IMG/VR virus record: IMGVR_UViG_3300025815_002670
Coordinates: 1 to 64,000 of that record
Strand: one strand, 5' to 3'
Source: a virus
Length of the DNA: 64,000 bases
In this document: one piece after another, positions 56,601 to 64,000 of the stretch
How positions within the stretch are numbered: position 1 is the stretch's first letter
How the letters are laid out: each line of letters opens with the position of its first letter
Notes under the pieces: generated by a model
Told to the model about the DNA's origin: nothing
Databases searched by the model: none
The model's input: only the letters and a program-made list of their open reading frames with translations
Position numbers and translations under genes: made by a program

Positions 56601-59600
56601 CAGGCACTTCTTCAAACGCTCAGCCAGGCTTGCTTTATTCCAGAAAACAGATCTATCCCTTAACTAGTGCTGTGGCCCCTGTGTGGGGTATGGAGATTCC
56701 AGAGATTGCAGCGTCATCAGATCCAAACCTTTTGCAGCCGAAATCAATGTTCCGTGGTGAAGCCCTCTGGGAAGCTGCTGCACAAGCCGGTGCTTACGAA
56801 GGAACGTCAAGCACATTCGTTTCTTCCGCAGCCAACCCGTTCTACGACGACTACGAGGCTTACTTTGCCGACATCAGAAGCAAGGGCAAGGACTACTCCA
56901 TCATTCCAGAGTTCAGGATCTCCGAGCACATTGACTTCTACGATGCAAACTCCGACGACTTCCTCAAAGAAAACCAGAAACTATTCTCCATTTTCGGAAC
57001 ACCAACCGCTTCAACAGTTCCGCAGAACAGTTCAGAGGCTGACTTCTTCAAGGTCTTTACAAACTCAGACTTTATGAAGCATTTTGAACTCATAAAGAAC
57101 GACCACGAAAGAATCGCAGATCCACACGCCATCACCTTGAAGTGCAAGGCAATCAAGAAGTTTGTTCCTTACGACGGCTTCTACCCTGCTGAAAGAACAA
57201 CGGAGATGGTAGAACAGTTTATTCAAGATTATTCTGGTTCTGTAAATAAGATCAGCGGCGAAAACTTAGGAGAGGATGCTTCATTGAGAACGGTCTTAAA
57301 GCCGCTCTTTGCACCGGGCATTCTTTACAACACTATCAAGTCAGGAATCGCTGTTGATTATCCAATTTTGCAACAAGGGTTAACCCAACAGATCGGCACT
57401 AATACTCCAAAAAGAGGAGTGACTTATGATGCAACTTCATTCACTGCACAGGTTAATGAATTTATCACATCTGCCTCTTTCGCCATTATGTCAAGCACAA
57501 AACCAGAAAGTAGAAATGCCGTTTCTAGAGTAGTCGACCACTCAAGAGGCTGGGATAAGAGAATCCCATTCGAAGCAATAATTGATCCAGACAACTACCT
57601 TGCAAGCGTAAGAGTTGCTGATGACGAACCAAGCAACTGGGCAAGAATAAGAAGTGTCGTGTCATTTGACGGAACTGGCGGTTCAAAATACAAAAAGATG
57701 ATTAACAACTTCTTTGCTGAGAGTGTAAATTTCTTCTTACCAAACGGACAACTTACAACATTAGAGTCTCTACCGCAAAGAGAGTTCAAAACAGTGACTC
57801 CTGGAGTGCCATACGGAATGAGAATCAAGATGTGGCGCTCTATGGACCAGCCACGCCTATTCAGTGGTTCTTGGGGTGATTTTGAGGTTCCACAGAACAC
57901 TCCAGAGTCTGGTTCTACCGAGTCAAGAGCAGCAAGAGAAACCTTCACGATGTATAGTCGACCAGGCGCATTTGGTGTTCCGTTGGCGCTCTATGCGAGC
58001 GGTAACCACAACTTATGGCCTGGTGCAGACACGGTTCCAGGCACAAAATATGACTTCTCACCAGCAAATGGAATTTATGGATCACACACACCGCCTTATT
58101 ATGACGGTGAATGTTGGTTTGACATTATTTTCTGGCCCCGGGGCGTAGAAACAGCACTAGAGCCCTCTCCACCACAAGTCTTCCAGTTTAAGGCAGATGA
58201 AACTGGTGAACAATACAGACCAACTCTAGATGAGATATTCGCTTCTCCACACGAATCAATTTTTTATGTCAGCGGAACTCAAAACAACAATGTCCCACTC
58301 GCCGGCTCTTTTACAAGAAAATGGCGATATGATCAGGAAGCTCTTAAAAACATCGCTGGCTCTTCTTACCACGTCAAGTCTTTCACAGGCGGCGCCGCGA
58401 CGGTTCCATACGTTGGGCCAGCCTCTGGCCCGTTTATGAACGAGTGGGCAATGCAGCTTGATTCTTGCCTCAACATTTTCCGTAAGAATGCACGAGGAAA
58501 CAAGTGGTCTATTCAGACAAAATTTGAGACACCAATGCTCAACTTTAATCACGTCAGTACGGGAAGTAACACGTTGACCGTAACCGATGATGCCGATGCG
58601 AATTCTTGTATCCCAAGAGGTATGTGGCACCAGTTTGGTCGCCTACCACTTGACGGCGAGGGTGTTTATCTACAAATTACTGACATTCCGACGCAATGGC
58701 TTGAAACTCACCCAAGCGCTACGCTAGTTCCCGATCTGGCTGGAACTATTTCTTCACTAAATAAGAGCCCTTATGTGAACAATGAGTCTGATGTCGCAAC
58801 ATATTTCAACGGCTATACTCTTCCGATCGGAACAGTTTCAGATGATGGTTCGTCTACTAGTTACATTAGACCAGAAGTCCAATCTCTTGTAGACATCTGC
58901 GGCTTTAGCACCGATCCGGTTAGAATTGGTGAGATTCGCGATCGCAAGTTCCTGAGAGAAGCTGTTGTAGCCGTTCCATTCAAGATCGTTGACGGAGAAA
59001 GAAAATTCTACAGAACATTTGATCCGAGACGACCAGAATCACGCATTTCCGGCAAGAGTTACAGAAACCTTGTTGATGCGATGCAAAGATATGTTTTCCC
59101 ACCGACATTCGACTTCGTAAACAACCCAGAAGTCACACCGGTCTCAATGTATGTCTTTGAGTTCAAACACGAACTTACAAAGGACGATCTTTCCAAGATC
59201 TGGCAGAACGTCACGCCAAACATTGGCACAGAAGCACAGGCTTCTTTCGCAACAATAAGCCACGAACTTCTCGCAAACGAACTGCTTGGAGATATTGAAG
59301 AGGCCAATGCAGCAACCGCTGCAAACATTCCTTACGACGATATGGATAACCAGATCCAGTGGATGGTTTTCAAGGTCAAGCAAAGAGCCCGCAGCGACTA
59401 TTTTGAGGATGTTGAGAACAAGGGCCGCTCAATGCCGTTCTACACCTACAACTGGCCTTACGACTTCTGCTCCCTTGTTGAACTTGCACAACTTGAAGTT
59501 TCCATGGACTTCAAGAAAATCCCAGACACAAGAAAGGTTCGCGCCAAGCGCGTCGATCTACCTGACGAGTTGGCTCTCCTTGACAGAGGCGCAGGAGCAG

Positions 59601-59926
59601 GCCGCGAAGGTACATTTGTTGGAGATGTAAGTGTATTCGCAGAAACAAGTCTTCGTCCAGACCTTGAAGGTACTGGTCGTTCTACCGCAACCTTCAACCA
59701 GGGCGGCGATGTTGTTGAACGAGGAGGCCCAACAATTCTCGGACCAGGAGGCGTTGTGGACGCTGAAACTGCTGCCTCACAAACCGCCGGCGGGATTATG
59801 GATACTCTAGAAGGTGGCCGTTCTGGAATAGCAGGAGTTAGAAACGACACAGTTGGAGGACCACAAGGTCAAGCACCCGGCACAAACAACCTTGGTGGCA
59901 TAGGCGACCAGGACATAGACGGATAA
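50639..59926 (+). CDS. 3095-aa baseplate wedge/fibre protein with LamG/ConA-like domains
   Basis: SVEFW...WHHYAVT...GSIDEFRYW...YYKFNEG (LamG); IYKSKGTEKAFRNLIRCYG (gp7/gpI-like wedge motif); second LamG-like block. Confidence 0.8.
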   Translation: MSIRKLFDSNKPQTVLVSTNLEEEVVKNAPELESADNVREQIKRINRYIPAVDFSDPANFVTYGSAQSYYEDAVSRIYREFPYDGSEEEITRFHNESNYLDLYIFDNRYPRTTGYAIFSSNGWGTAGSAVSGWGSSSAPEYISFVGGPHTASGGMPAGTLHYTFTGSNYYDTDIYGTDGTLALDRVGSRESNLNYDLSKGVSVEFWLNKDTWLTASTEKEVIFDLWNGSVSSSAGYGRFLLYVTGATDGADPLYLHLGSGSNTADISLLSSAYTTASIADGAWHHYAVTVQSGSTGLTTKAYVDGTLNKTTTSAIDFGAVTGSLKAFIGALQTAPSGAAFAGTTMTGYGKLSGSIDEFRYWKSKRDEKDIQNNWWTQVRGGTNEEIANAELGVYYKFNEGITSVTATDSVVLDYSGRITNGTWVGYPGSSARSTGSAIDSSTAVVADTVEYKDPIIYSTHPDVSALYDELSSSGSVHDYENQASIKDSIPSWIIDQDETQGSNEVTRLTQIVGSYFDTLNLQIKALPHLTDNTYLTSSAKPTPFARNLLSSKGLEVPEIFVDADILERFANRRSDRAYELDLNEVKNLIYQNIYNNLTYIYKSKGTEKAFRNLIRCYGIGDEVVQFNAYGNNAEFKFEDTDYSTITRKNFVDFNHPDRFGGIVYQSSSATNSETTGITHVTGTARYLPNTAEVEVFFPRKYEFSNPQYFHTPFLSSSIFGHHNSQGETNFDWLTTAADDKNFQLYFVRTYLNSRDGYFQLRNRTGTLNLTSSVYSNVYDNQKWNFAVRIKHEKYPYSNGLTGSASDTHILEWYGVNTEFGVVKNEFEVTASGLGNEYLTNDRRYYIGADRTNYSGSVVTNSDVKVTSIRHWASYLENEVIVEHAKDPANVGTKFPSRNIAFNADSTTAGVDNQTIPNIESLAMHWDFAQVTGTDAGGAFTVEDASSGSVSLFSRYSNDGNLSRIINSQYAGVAYFPAALSSTSVIDKEFLPTNRQRLPEVINSADAVNVLSRDDELYPRDAAPSQMFFAFEKSMYGIVSQEMVNYFGTIVEFNNLIGDVVNKYRGDYKGLRLLRQLFFEKIQNNPDLDKFIEYYKWIDNSLGIFLQQLVPASADVSDEIRTVVEDHILSRSKYDHKYPQLDYKGNERFGGDEAKLEARVKGIEELTYNWEFGHAPLNNLQSTSGRWWKERAKRTNTAFGTATAIDTARQDLNDIILSFNSASAEEFNQSTGIGNTYFGSTYALRNFAQTTRTTVHLDKKIGGGYNYPPGHRPDALFSITKRGTAGADLLTVSKGNFQDLDIAETGEPIVTIKRRFDDPLGTDNQNQNGYSTGKNSLPAVLYSSSAGTTGYRSETTGIEFAGFHNDSYGPEYDVPMQGPFSDAHVGGYRHRHEDLTGDPTLTSSTTRAEAWYRNGANYSSADYNFTRPSASPQYRRGEGVKRPLNIENIQHRTGSNTIRMGNFDKRYEVVMTNSRRTNNSQFVKNEGFSTASVTSDVLGYVEALVDYAKPVRARTEHVIVNRFSAPGGPETAGDAQGGAGLDYVSSELSPYNNLNYRNLTIRQPLRTLLTERSEQFGLRSGSAVSALDYTNVTASFHKINRNGIKQLESSSAGGIVTSSVFDNYYVQHMIPQSDFQYTWITASYVSTVGDIYGYLPYDGLASSSTGLISAINFVSGSEITIAGSFVDFVNTNTIIVDPINTSDFTTGYSLPTDVDEYVPGTSLGAQRSKVLNGLVAHRGGVYGYNTWKQQRVGEGRLPRYFRENNIYTHTPKVGEPITVTTPGGTTTVPVRNRATLAVTQSSVDVAFRPLSYKLVVKTGENDRGEDINSIAVVKASFGNNLAFFEDSDFNEAIGAQIDFRDTPYRTLLNLYGRKNNQNSSLPIKRLSELRYSEVVYPSRANIYRDIIRGRTSFENNFWRDARADRVTKGEAKKPTNVAQVTVSQSAWALDAHINFVSIADTVFSGGLARNNEDGYKPGELQNLYVHFHAGTSSNAQPGLLYSRKQIYPLTSAVAPVWGMEIPEIAASSDPNLLQPKSMFRGEALWEAAAQAGAYEGTSSTFVSSAANPFYDDYEAYFADIRSKGKDYSIIPEFRISEHIDFYDANSDDFLKENQKLFSIFGTPTASTVPQNSSEADFFKVFTNSDFMKHFELIKNDHERIADPHAITLKCKAIKKFVPYDGFYPAERTTEMVEQFIQDYSGSVNKISGENLGEDASLRTVLKPLFAPGILYNTIKSGIAVDYPILQQGLTQQIGTNTPKRGVTYDATSFTAQVNEFITSASFAIMSSTKPESRNAVSRVVDHSRGWDKRIPFEAIIDPDNYLASVRVADDEPSNWARIRSVVSFDGTGGSKYKKMINNFFAESVNFFLPNGQLTTLESLPQREFKTVTPGVPYGMRIKMWRSMDQPRLFSGSWGDFEVPQNTPESGSTESRAARETFTMYSRPGAFGVPLALYASGNHNLWPGADTVPGTKYDFSPANGIYGSHTPPYYDGECWFDIIFWPRGVETALEPSPPQVFQFKADETGEQYRPTLDEIFASPHESIFYVSGTQNNNVPLAGSFTRKWRYDQEALKNIAGSSYHVKSFTGGAATVPYVGPASGPFMNEWAMQLDSCLNIFRKNARGNKWSIQTKFETPMLNFNHVSTGSNTLTVTDDADANSCIPRGMWHQFGRLPLDGEGVYLQITDIPTQWLETHPSATLVPDLAGTISSLNKSPYVNNESDVATYFNGYTLPIGTVSDDGSSTSYIRPEVQSLVDICGFSTDPVRIGEIRDRKFLREAVVAVPFKIVDGERKFYRTFDPRRPESRISGKSYRNLVDAMQRYVFPPTFDFVNNPEVTPVSMYVFEFKHELTKDDLSKIWQNVTPNIGTEAQASFATISHELLANELLGDIEEANAATAANIPYDDMDNQIQWMVFKVKQRARSDYFEDVENKGRSMPFYTYNWPYDFCSLVELAQLEVSMDFKKIPDTRKVRAKRVDLPDELALLDRGAGAGREGTFVGDVSVFAETSLRPDLEGTGRSTATFNQGGDVVERGGPTILGPGGVVDAETAASQTAGGIMDTLEGGRSGIAGVRNDTVGGPQGQAPGTNNLGGIGDQDIDG

Positions 59927-59937
59927 AGGACTAAAAA

Positions 59938-60975
59938 ATGAAGTTTTTTGACTCAAAAGAAGAAGTTTTAGATGTCCAAATAACCAAGTATGGTCGTCAT
60001 ATGCTCTCACAGGGCAGGTGGAAGCCGACCTACTATGCGTTTTTTGACGAAGGCGTTATGTATGACGCAAACTATGCCGGCATTACAACCGAAAATAAGA
60101 ACTCCGCAGAGTCAAGAATCCAAGAGGACACTCCTTACCTAACCACGCAAACCAACTTTACGGGCCGTGAAGAATATTTGTTTGATGGTGTGGGCGATAT
60201 CCAAGACAGGATGAGACTCGGTGTTTATGAAAAACTAAATGTTATGCCACAAAGCCTCGGCACAACAACGCTCGAATCAACAAAGACACCCGCCTACAAG
60301 ATCCGCTTCCTTGAAGGCAGGATCCAGAACCTTGAAAACTCCCTAACCGGCAATGTTCGCACGGCAAATACAGGTTCATCCACAATAACCAACTATTCCC
60401 AGCAACTTCTCAACATCCCACAGATCGATCTTGACGTTGAGTTCAAGATCTCCACAGAGGAAGTCGGCTCAACTCCAAAGTTTGAGTTCGATCCAGCACT
60501 GACACAGGGCAGGACTTACCCAGACAACTACCAAGTTTTCGTTGGACCGGATCAACTTCTTTTCATCATCGAAGAAGAGAACGCCTCTTTTGACCACGAG
60601 AACTTTGAGATCGAGATCTTCGAAATAAAAGACGAAACTGGCAACCTCGGCGAGCCAGTCCTCGAACAACTTTCTTTCATCAAGCCAGTTCAGACAGTTG
60701 TTGACAACAAACTTATTGACGAAAGAAGAGCACAAATAATGGCAGGTCGTCCAAATGGTCAACTTCCAGAACTGGATCCTACTTACGTTGAATATTTCTT
60801 TGATGTCAATGTCGATTCCGAGATCGATCAAAACATCATTTGTCGCTCTCTCAAGAAGGTCAAGTCCAAAGACCTATTCAACGACATTGAGGTTAACTGC
60901 CCAGACCTTAGAACAGTTATTAACACGAACATTTACGGCACCGATGCTCTATCCGATAACTGTCCAGATTATTAG
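59938..60975 (+). CDS. Virion structural protein (baseplate/tail associated)
   Basis: VLDVQITKYGR.MLSQG...YYAFFDEGVMYD N-terminus; operon context. Confidence 0.65.
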   Translation: MKFFDSKEEVLDVQITKYGRHMLSQGRWKPTYYAFFDEGVMYDANYAGITTENKNSAESRIQEDTPYLTTQTNFTGREEYLFDGVGDIQDRMRLGVYEKLNVMPQSLGTTTLESTKTPAYKIRFLEGRIQNLENSLTGNVRTANTGSSTITNYSQQLLNIPQIDLDVEFKISTEEVGSTPKFEFDPALTQGRTYPDNYQVFVGPDQLLFIIEEENASFDHENFEIEIFEIKDETGNLGEPVLEQLSFIKPVQTVVDNKLIDERRAQIMAGRPNGQLPELDPTYVEYFFDVNVDSEIDQNIICRSLKKVKSKDLFNDIEVNCPDLRTVINTNIYGTDALSDNCPDY

Positions 60976-61008
60976 AAAGAAACTATTTACACCATAGGAC
61001 ACTAATCG

Positions 61009-64000
61009 ATGGCAACAAGAGTAGATTTTTCAAGCGTATTTGACACTGTTCTCCCAAATGTTTACATTAGGAACGTGTCGCTTGCACACGCAAGTTTGGC
61101 CGATCCAAGGCGAGGTGTCGAATACGACGACGATCAAAACTACGTCTTCGAAAAGAACGAGTTTGGTAAAAGGTTTTTTCCAAACTTGCCTCCACAAGAT
61201 GTCCAACTCATAGCAGAGGGCAAGTTTTTAGAAGTCAAGGCACAGATCGTCATCAAGGACTACTACCGAGACAACCAGAAGAGCCTATGGTTTGAAAATG
61301 ACGAGGTTCTAAACCTTCTAAAACTCCGCGTCCTCCTAAGCACCAAGGCACAACTAACAGACGATCTTCGAAATAGAGGTCTTACAGAGAAAAACATTGA
61401 AGACTCAAAGGCAGAAGGCGGCCTAAAAGAGCAGATCATCTCACTCAAAAAAGTCCATAAAACAAGCCTTATGGACTTTCAGAAGCAAGAAATAGACGGG
61501 AGAACGGTTTACACTCTTACTTACGATGTTTCTTTTAAGGTTTACCGTCCAAACCCAAGACATGTTGCTATGTTCGCAGGAACCTTTATGGATCTGAACG
61601 AATATGCCAGAACAAGAGAATCACTAGCACAGTCAAGGAGACGTTTCCTTTATGGCAACTTCGCTGGTCAACTGCTCGTAAATAAAGGCGAACGTCCACT
61701 AAACTCAAATGTTTTCATCCAACCTGACGGAAAAGCCTGGGCTGGACCGGTTCACTTCCAACAAGAAACAAACTCTTTTATGGCCGGTGCTTTCCACAGC
61801 AGTCAGCCACATCCCCGCCTCGAAAGAAAGGTTATTGGGAACACAACAACGCTTGACTACCGCCTCCTAGACGGAGCAGAGGAAGCAACAACCCTCCTCC
61901 GACCCTACACACCACGCAGTCGTCGAAGAAGAAAGGCTATGTCGAGGCAAGAAGACTTCAAAAAGATTATGAAGTCCGCTTACATTTCAGAGCCAGAATA
62001 CTCAACAAACCGTTTGGGCGAAGTCTTTATGACTTTCCACATAAACTTTGACAAGATCATAAAAGAAAAGACACAGTTTGGCGCCATTGCAGTCAAAGCA
62101 GATCCAGATGCTCTAAATGATATTCGAGGTCTAACTGAAATAAAAACAGTCAAGGTTTACAGAAACAGGGTAAAGAAAGGTTTCATACCAGGAACGTCAA
62201 ACCTTGTGGATTTTGAAGACAGAACAGAGCTTATTGCCGAAGCCACAGGCGCACAACTAGACGACGGTTTGAGTGTTCCGCTTGAAAAAACAGTCAACTC
62301 TTACGACGAAGAAGCAAGAAAGATCACAGTCGGCCAAATAAGAGAAATAGACTTGCAGTATCGAGGCGCAGTCGGCATTAGAACCTTTGGCGTTTCGGAT
62401 CTCGAAATGGACAGAAAGACAGACGGCCTCTATTCTTATTCAGTTGAGTTTGAGATGGTCGATGGAACAAAGGTCTTTGCGGTGCAAGAGTTGGACAAAC
62501 TCATCCAGGCCAAGAACCTAATGATCGAATACCGCGATATGGCCTCCAAACCAGACAACACCGACGAAGAGACTGGTCTATTCACAGACGCTTTCCGCAC
62601 CAGGGTCAACGAACTTTATGATGAACTCGCCCCAAGGGAAGCAACTGGCAGAAACAGAAGGGAACGACGCCAGGCAATCCGCCAGAGTTTCGTCAACCTT
62701 CCTTGGAATAATGCTGTCGCGGCCTACATTGATGTTCTAGGCAACGCAACGGCTTTCAGCAACAGGAACATCGCCGGCCTCTCAACTCTTCTCTATTCGC
62801 TTGTCAGGCCCGACACGGGAAGTGTCGAAGGCATCAACACAGTGATCGGTCTAATGGAAGCACTCGAAGCAAAAATGTCGAGCGCTCTTGGAAGAAAGGC
62901 TGTCCTTGTCAATGAGGTTGATTACGGCGACAGAACCAGGGCTTACAAAGGAAAACTGCCACAGAGAGATCTATTCATAGAAAAAAGGTTCCAAAAGATT
63001 TTCAACAGCAATGTTCAAAAAGATGTTGGTTTTGACTTCCTTGGAGACCTTGGATCCCGAGAGAACGCGGGACACCTCGAAATAACTGTCCAAGATATAA
63101 GAGGTCGTTTCGCAGACGAGAACAGAAAGTATTTCATCACCTCAGGTCTTGGTGGTGACTCACTCTTGCCAGAGGGACTAACCAAGGGTTTAGATCTGGA
63201 ACCAAACTTCTTCTCTTTCCTAACACCAGCAAGAGCAAGGATGGGCAAGGGCGTCTCTCTTTCCACTCTACAAAAAGGAAACTCCATTTTAGACAAGGGC
63301 CAGTTTGACGTTATTTCTACAACTCGTCTCGCGATGAACCCACGAGCAGCAGCACCGAACAAAAAACTTAACACACCAGCAGATCCGAGCAGCAACATAG
63401 GGGAACTCATGCCGCCTGTGAACTTCTCGGTTGGTTTCAACCCCACGCTTTCAAACTTGTCAGAGGAAGACTACACTATTTCCACAGCGATGTCTCCCAT
63501 TATGGCTGCTGCCGGCATCTCTATTACGACACCTACTTTGGCAAATGCAGAGAGGCTTTCTTTCACTGCTCTAGACGGCCAGACAGAAGAAAAAGAAGAT
63601 GGTGTTGATCCCAAGGAGATTCTAGGCGACAACACGAACTTCTCCATTGACCCCTTGCCCAAGAAGGATGTGGACGAAGAGGAAAATCTAACACCAGAAC
63701 CAAAGCAGCAGTTCAACGAACTTGAAAAGATCTTTGTTGGTGCGATGGTCGATTCGGAAGACAGCCTTTTTGATGGCAAGAAGCGGGCAACTATTGAAAA
63801 AATCTCAAACCCAAGAAGGATCTTCTCCAAGGATTTAGAAGTGGATGATGATTCTACTGCAAAGCAGGCAAGATTCTACAACGGACTTCCAAACCAAATC
63901 AAGTCACTTTTCCTAACACAGACACCATTGGCGAGAGTTAACTGGGTAGAAAGATACAGACAAACGGGTGAAGATATTCTAACAAGCCCCTCTTTGGCCA
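61009..64000 (+). CDS. Large structural protein, 3' partial (runs off window; not in the ORF track)
   Basis: ATG 61009 after ACTATTTA and AGGA; MATRVDFSSVFDTVLPNVYIRNV...; the ORF track lists no + ORF ending here, consistent with no stop before 64000. Confidence 0.8.
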   Translation, partial: MATRVDFSSVFDTVLPNVYIRNVSLAHASLADPRRGVEYDDDQNYVFEKNEFGKRFFPNLPPQDVQLIAEGKFLEVKAQIVIKDYYRDNQKSLWFENDEVLNLLKLRVLLSTKAQLTDDLRNRGLTEKNIEDSKAEGGLKEQIISLKKVHKTSLMDFQKQEIDGRTVYTLTYDVSFKVYRPNPRHVAMFAGTFMDLNEYARTRESLAQSRRRFLYGNFAGQLLVNKGERPLNSNVFIQPDGKAWAGPVHFQQETNSFMAGAFHSSQPHPRLERKVIGNTTTLDYRLLDGAEEATTLLRPYTPRSRRRRKAMSRQEDFKKIMKSAYISEPEYSTNRLGEVFMTFHINFDKIIKEKTQFGAIAVKADPDALNDIRGLTEIKTVKVYRNRVKKGFIPGTSNLVDFEDRTELIAEATGAQLDDGLSVPLEKTVNSYDEEARKITVGQIREIDLQYRGAVGIRTFGVSDLEMDRKTDGLYSYSVEFEMVDGTKVFAVQELDKLIQAKNLMIEYRDMASKPDNTDEETGLFTDAFRTRVNELYDELAPREATGRNRRERRQAIRQSFVNLPWNNAVAAYIDVLGNATAFSNRNIAGLSTLLYSLVRPDTGSVEGINTVIGLMEALEAKMSSALGRKAVLVNEVDYGDRTRAYKGKLPQRDLFIEKRFQKIFNSNVQKDVGFDFLGDLGSRENAGHLEITVQDIRGRFADENRKYFITSGLGGDSLLPEGLTKGLDLEPNFFSFLTPARARMGKGVSLSTLQKGNSILDKGQFDVISTTRLAMNPRAAAPNKKLNTPADPSSNIGELMPPVNFSVGFNPTLSNLSEEDYTISTAMSPIMAAAGISITTPTLANAERLSFTALDGQTEEKEDGVDPKEILGDNTNFSIDPLPKKDVDEEENLTPEPKQQFNELEKIFVGAMVDSEDSLFDGKKRATIEKISNPRRIFSKDLEVDDDSTAKQARFYNGLPNQIKSLFLTQTPLARVNWVERYRQTGEDILTSPSLA

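Noticed and set aside
39343-59926. Inteins, introns or diversity-generating retroelement in the giant genes
   Set aside because: No intein splice motifs, LAGLIDADG or reverse transcriptase recognised, and no template/variable repeat pair noticed
869-64000. Stop-codon reassignment as seen in some large phages
   Set aside because: Genes are full length and tightly packed under the standard code, and TAG, TGA and TAA all serve as genuine stops

Overview
The window looks like a 64-kb piece of a large lytic tailed-phage genome, probably a jumbo myovirus. It uses the standard code and essentially every real gene is on the + strand. Layout: (1) 1-860 is a non-coding, C-skewed region with an iterated CCCATAG heptamer and GC hairpins, possibly a terminus, pac site or origin. 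(2) 869-13416 holds small nucleases and then an array of unrelated enzymes and proteins. Three share an N-terminal peptide (MxLLLExW..[FY]L.E), others carry looser versions, and one begins MKDRNDFIAE, very close to the T4 capsid-targeting sequence. This is my best candidate for an undescribed system: tagged, head-packaged and injected cargo, including a minimal kinase, a ParB/Srx-like protein, an amidoligase, a ligase-nucleotidyltransferase fusion and a zincin with a nested acidic product. (3) 13418-19040 holds a Fis-like HTH protein, a complete one-piece tmRNA (tag ANNNAHFDSVRLAA), a cytidyltransferase, PIN-PhoH, a zincin and a Cas4/AddB-like nuclease. (4) 19049-35231 is a 19-gene glycan biosynthesis locus, mostly an AT-rich island. 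It has gmd, a NeuA-like CMP-synthetase, two sialyltransferase-fold proteins and an HpcH aldolase but no NeuB/KdsA. (5) 35228-64000 holds a late-type sigma factor and a contractile-tail baseplate region: split gp5-like hub, gp25, gp6-like wedge, 2515-aa and 3095-aa giants, and a partial >990-aa gene. A motif ACTA(T/C/A)TTA recurs just upstream of many genes and is a candidate late promoter. All family calls come from motif recognition by eye; no database searches were run.
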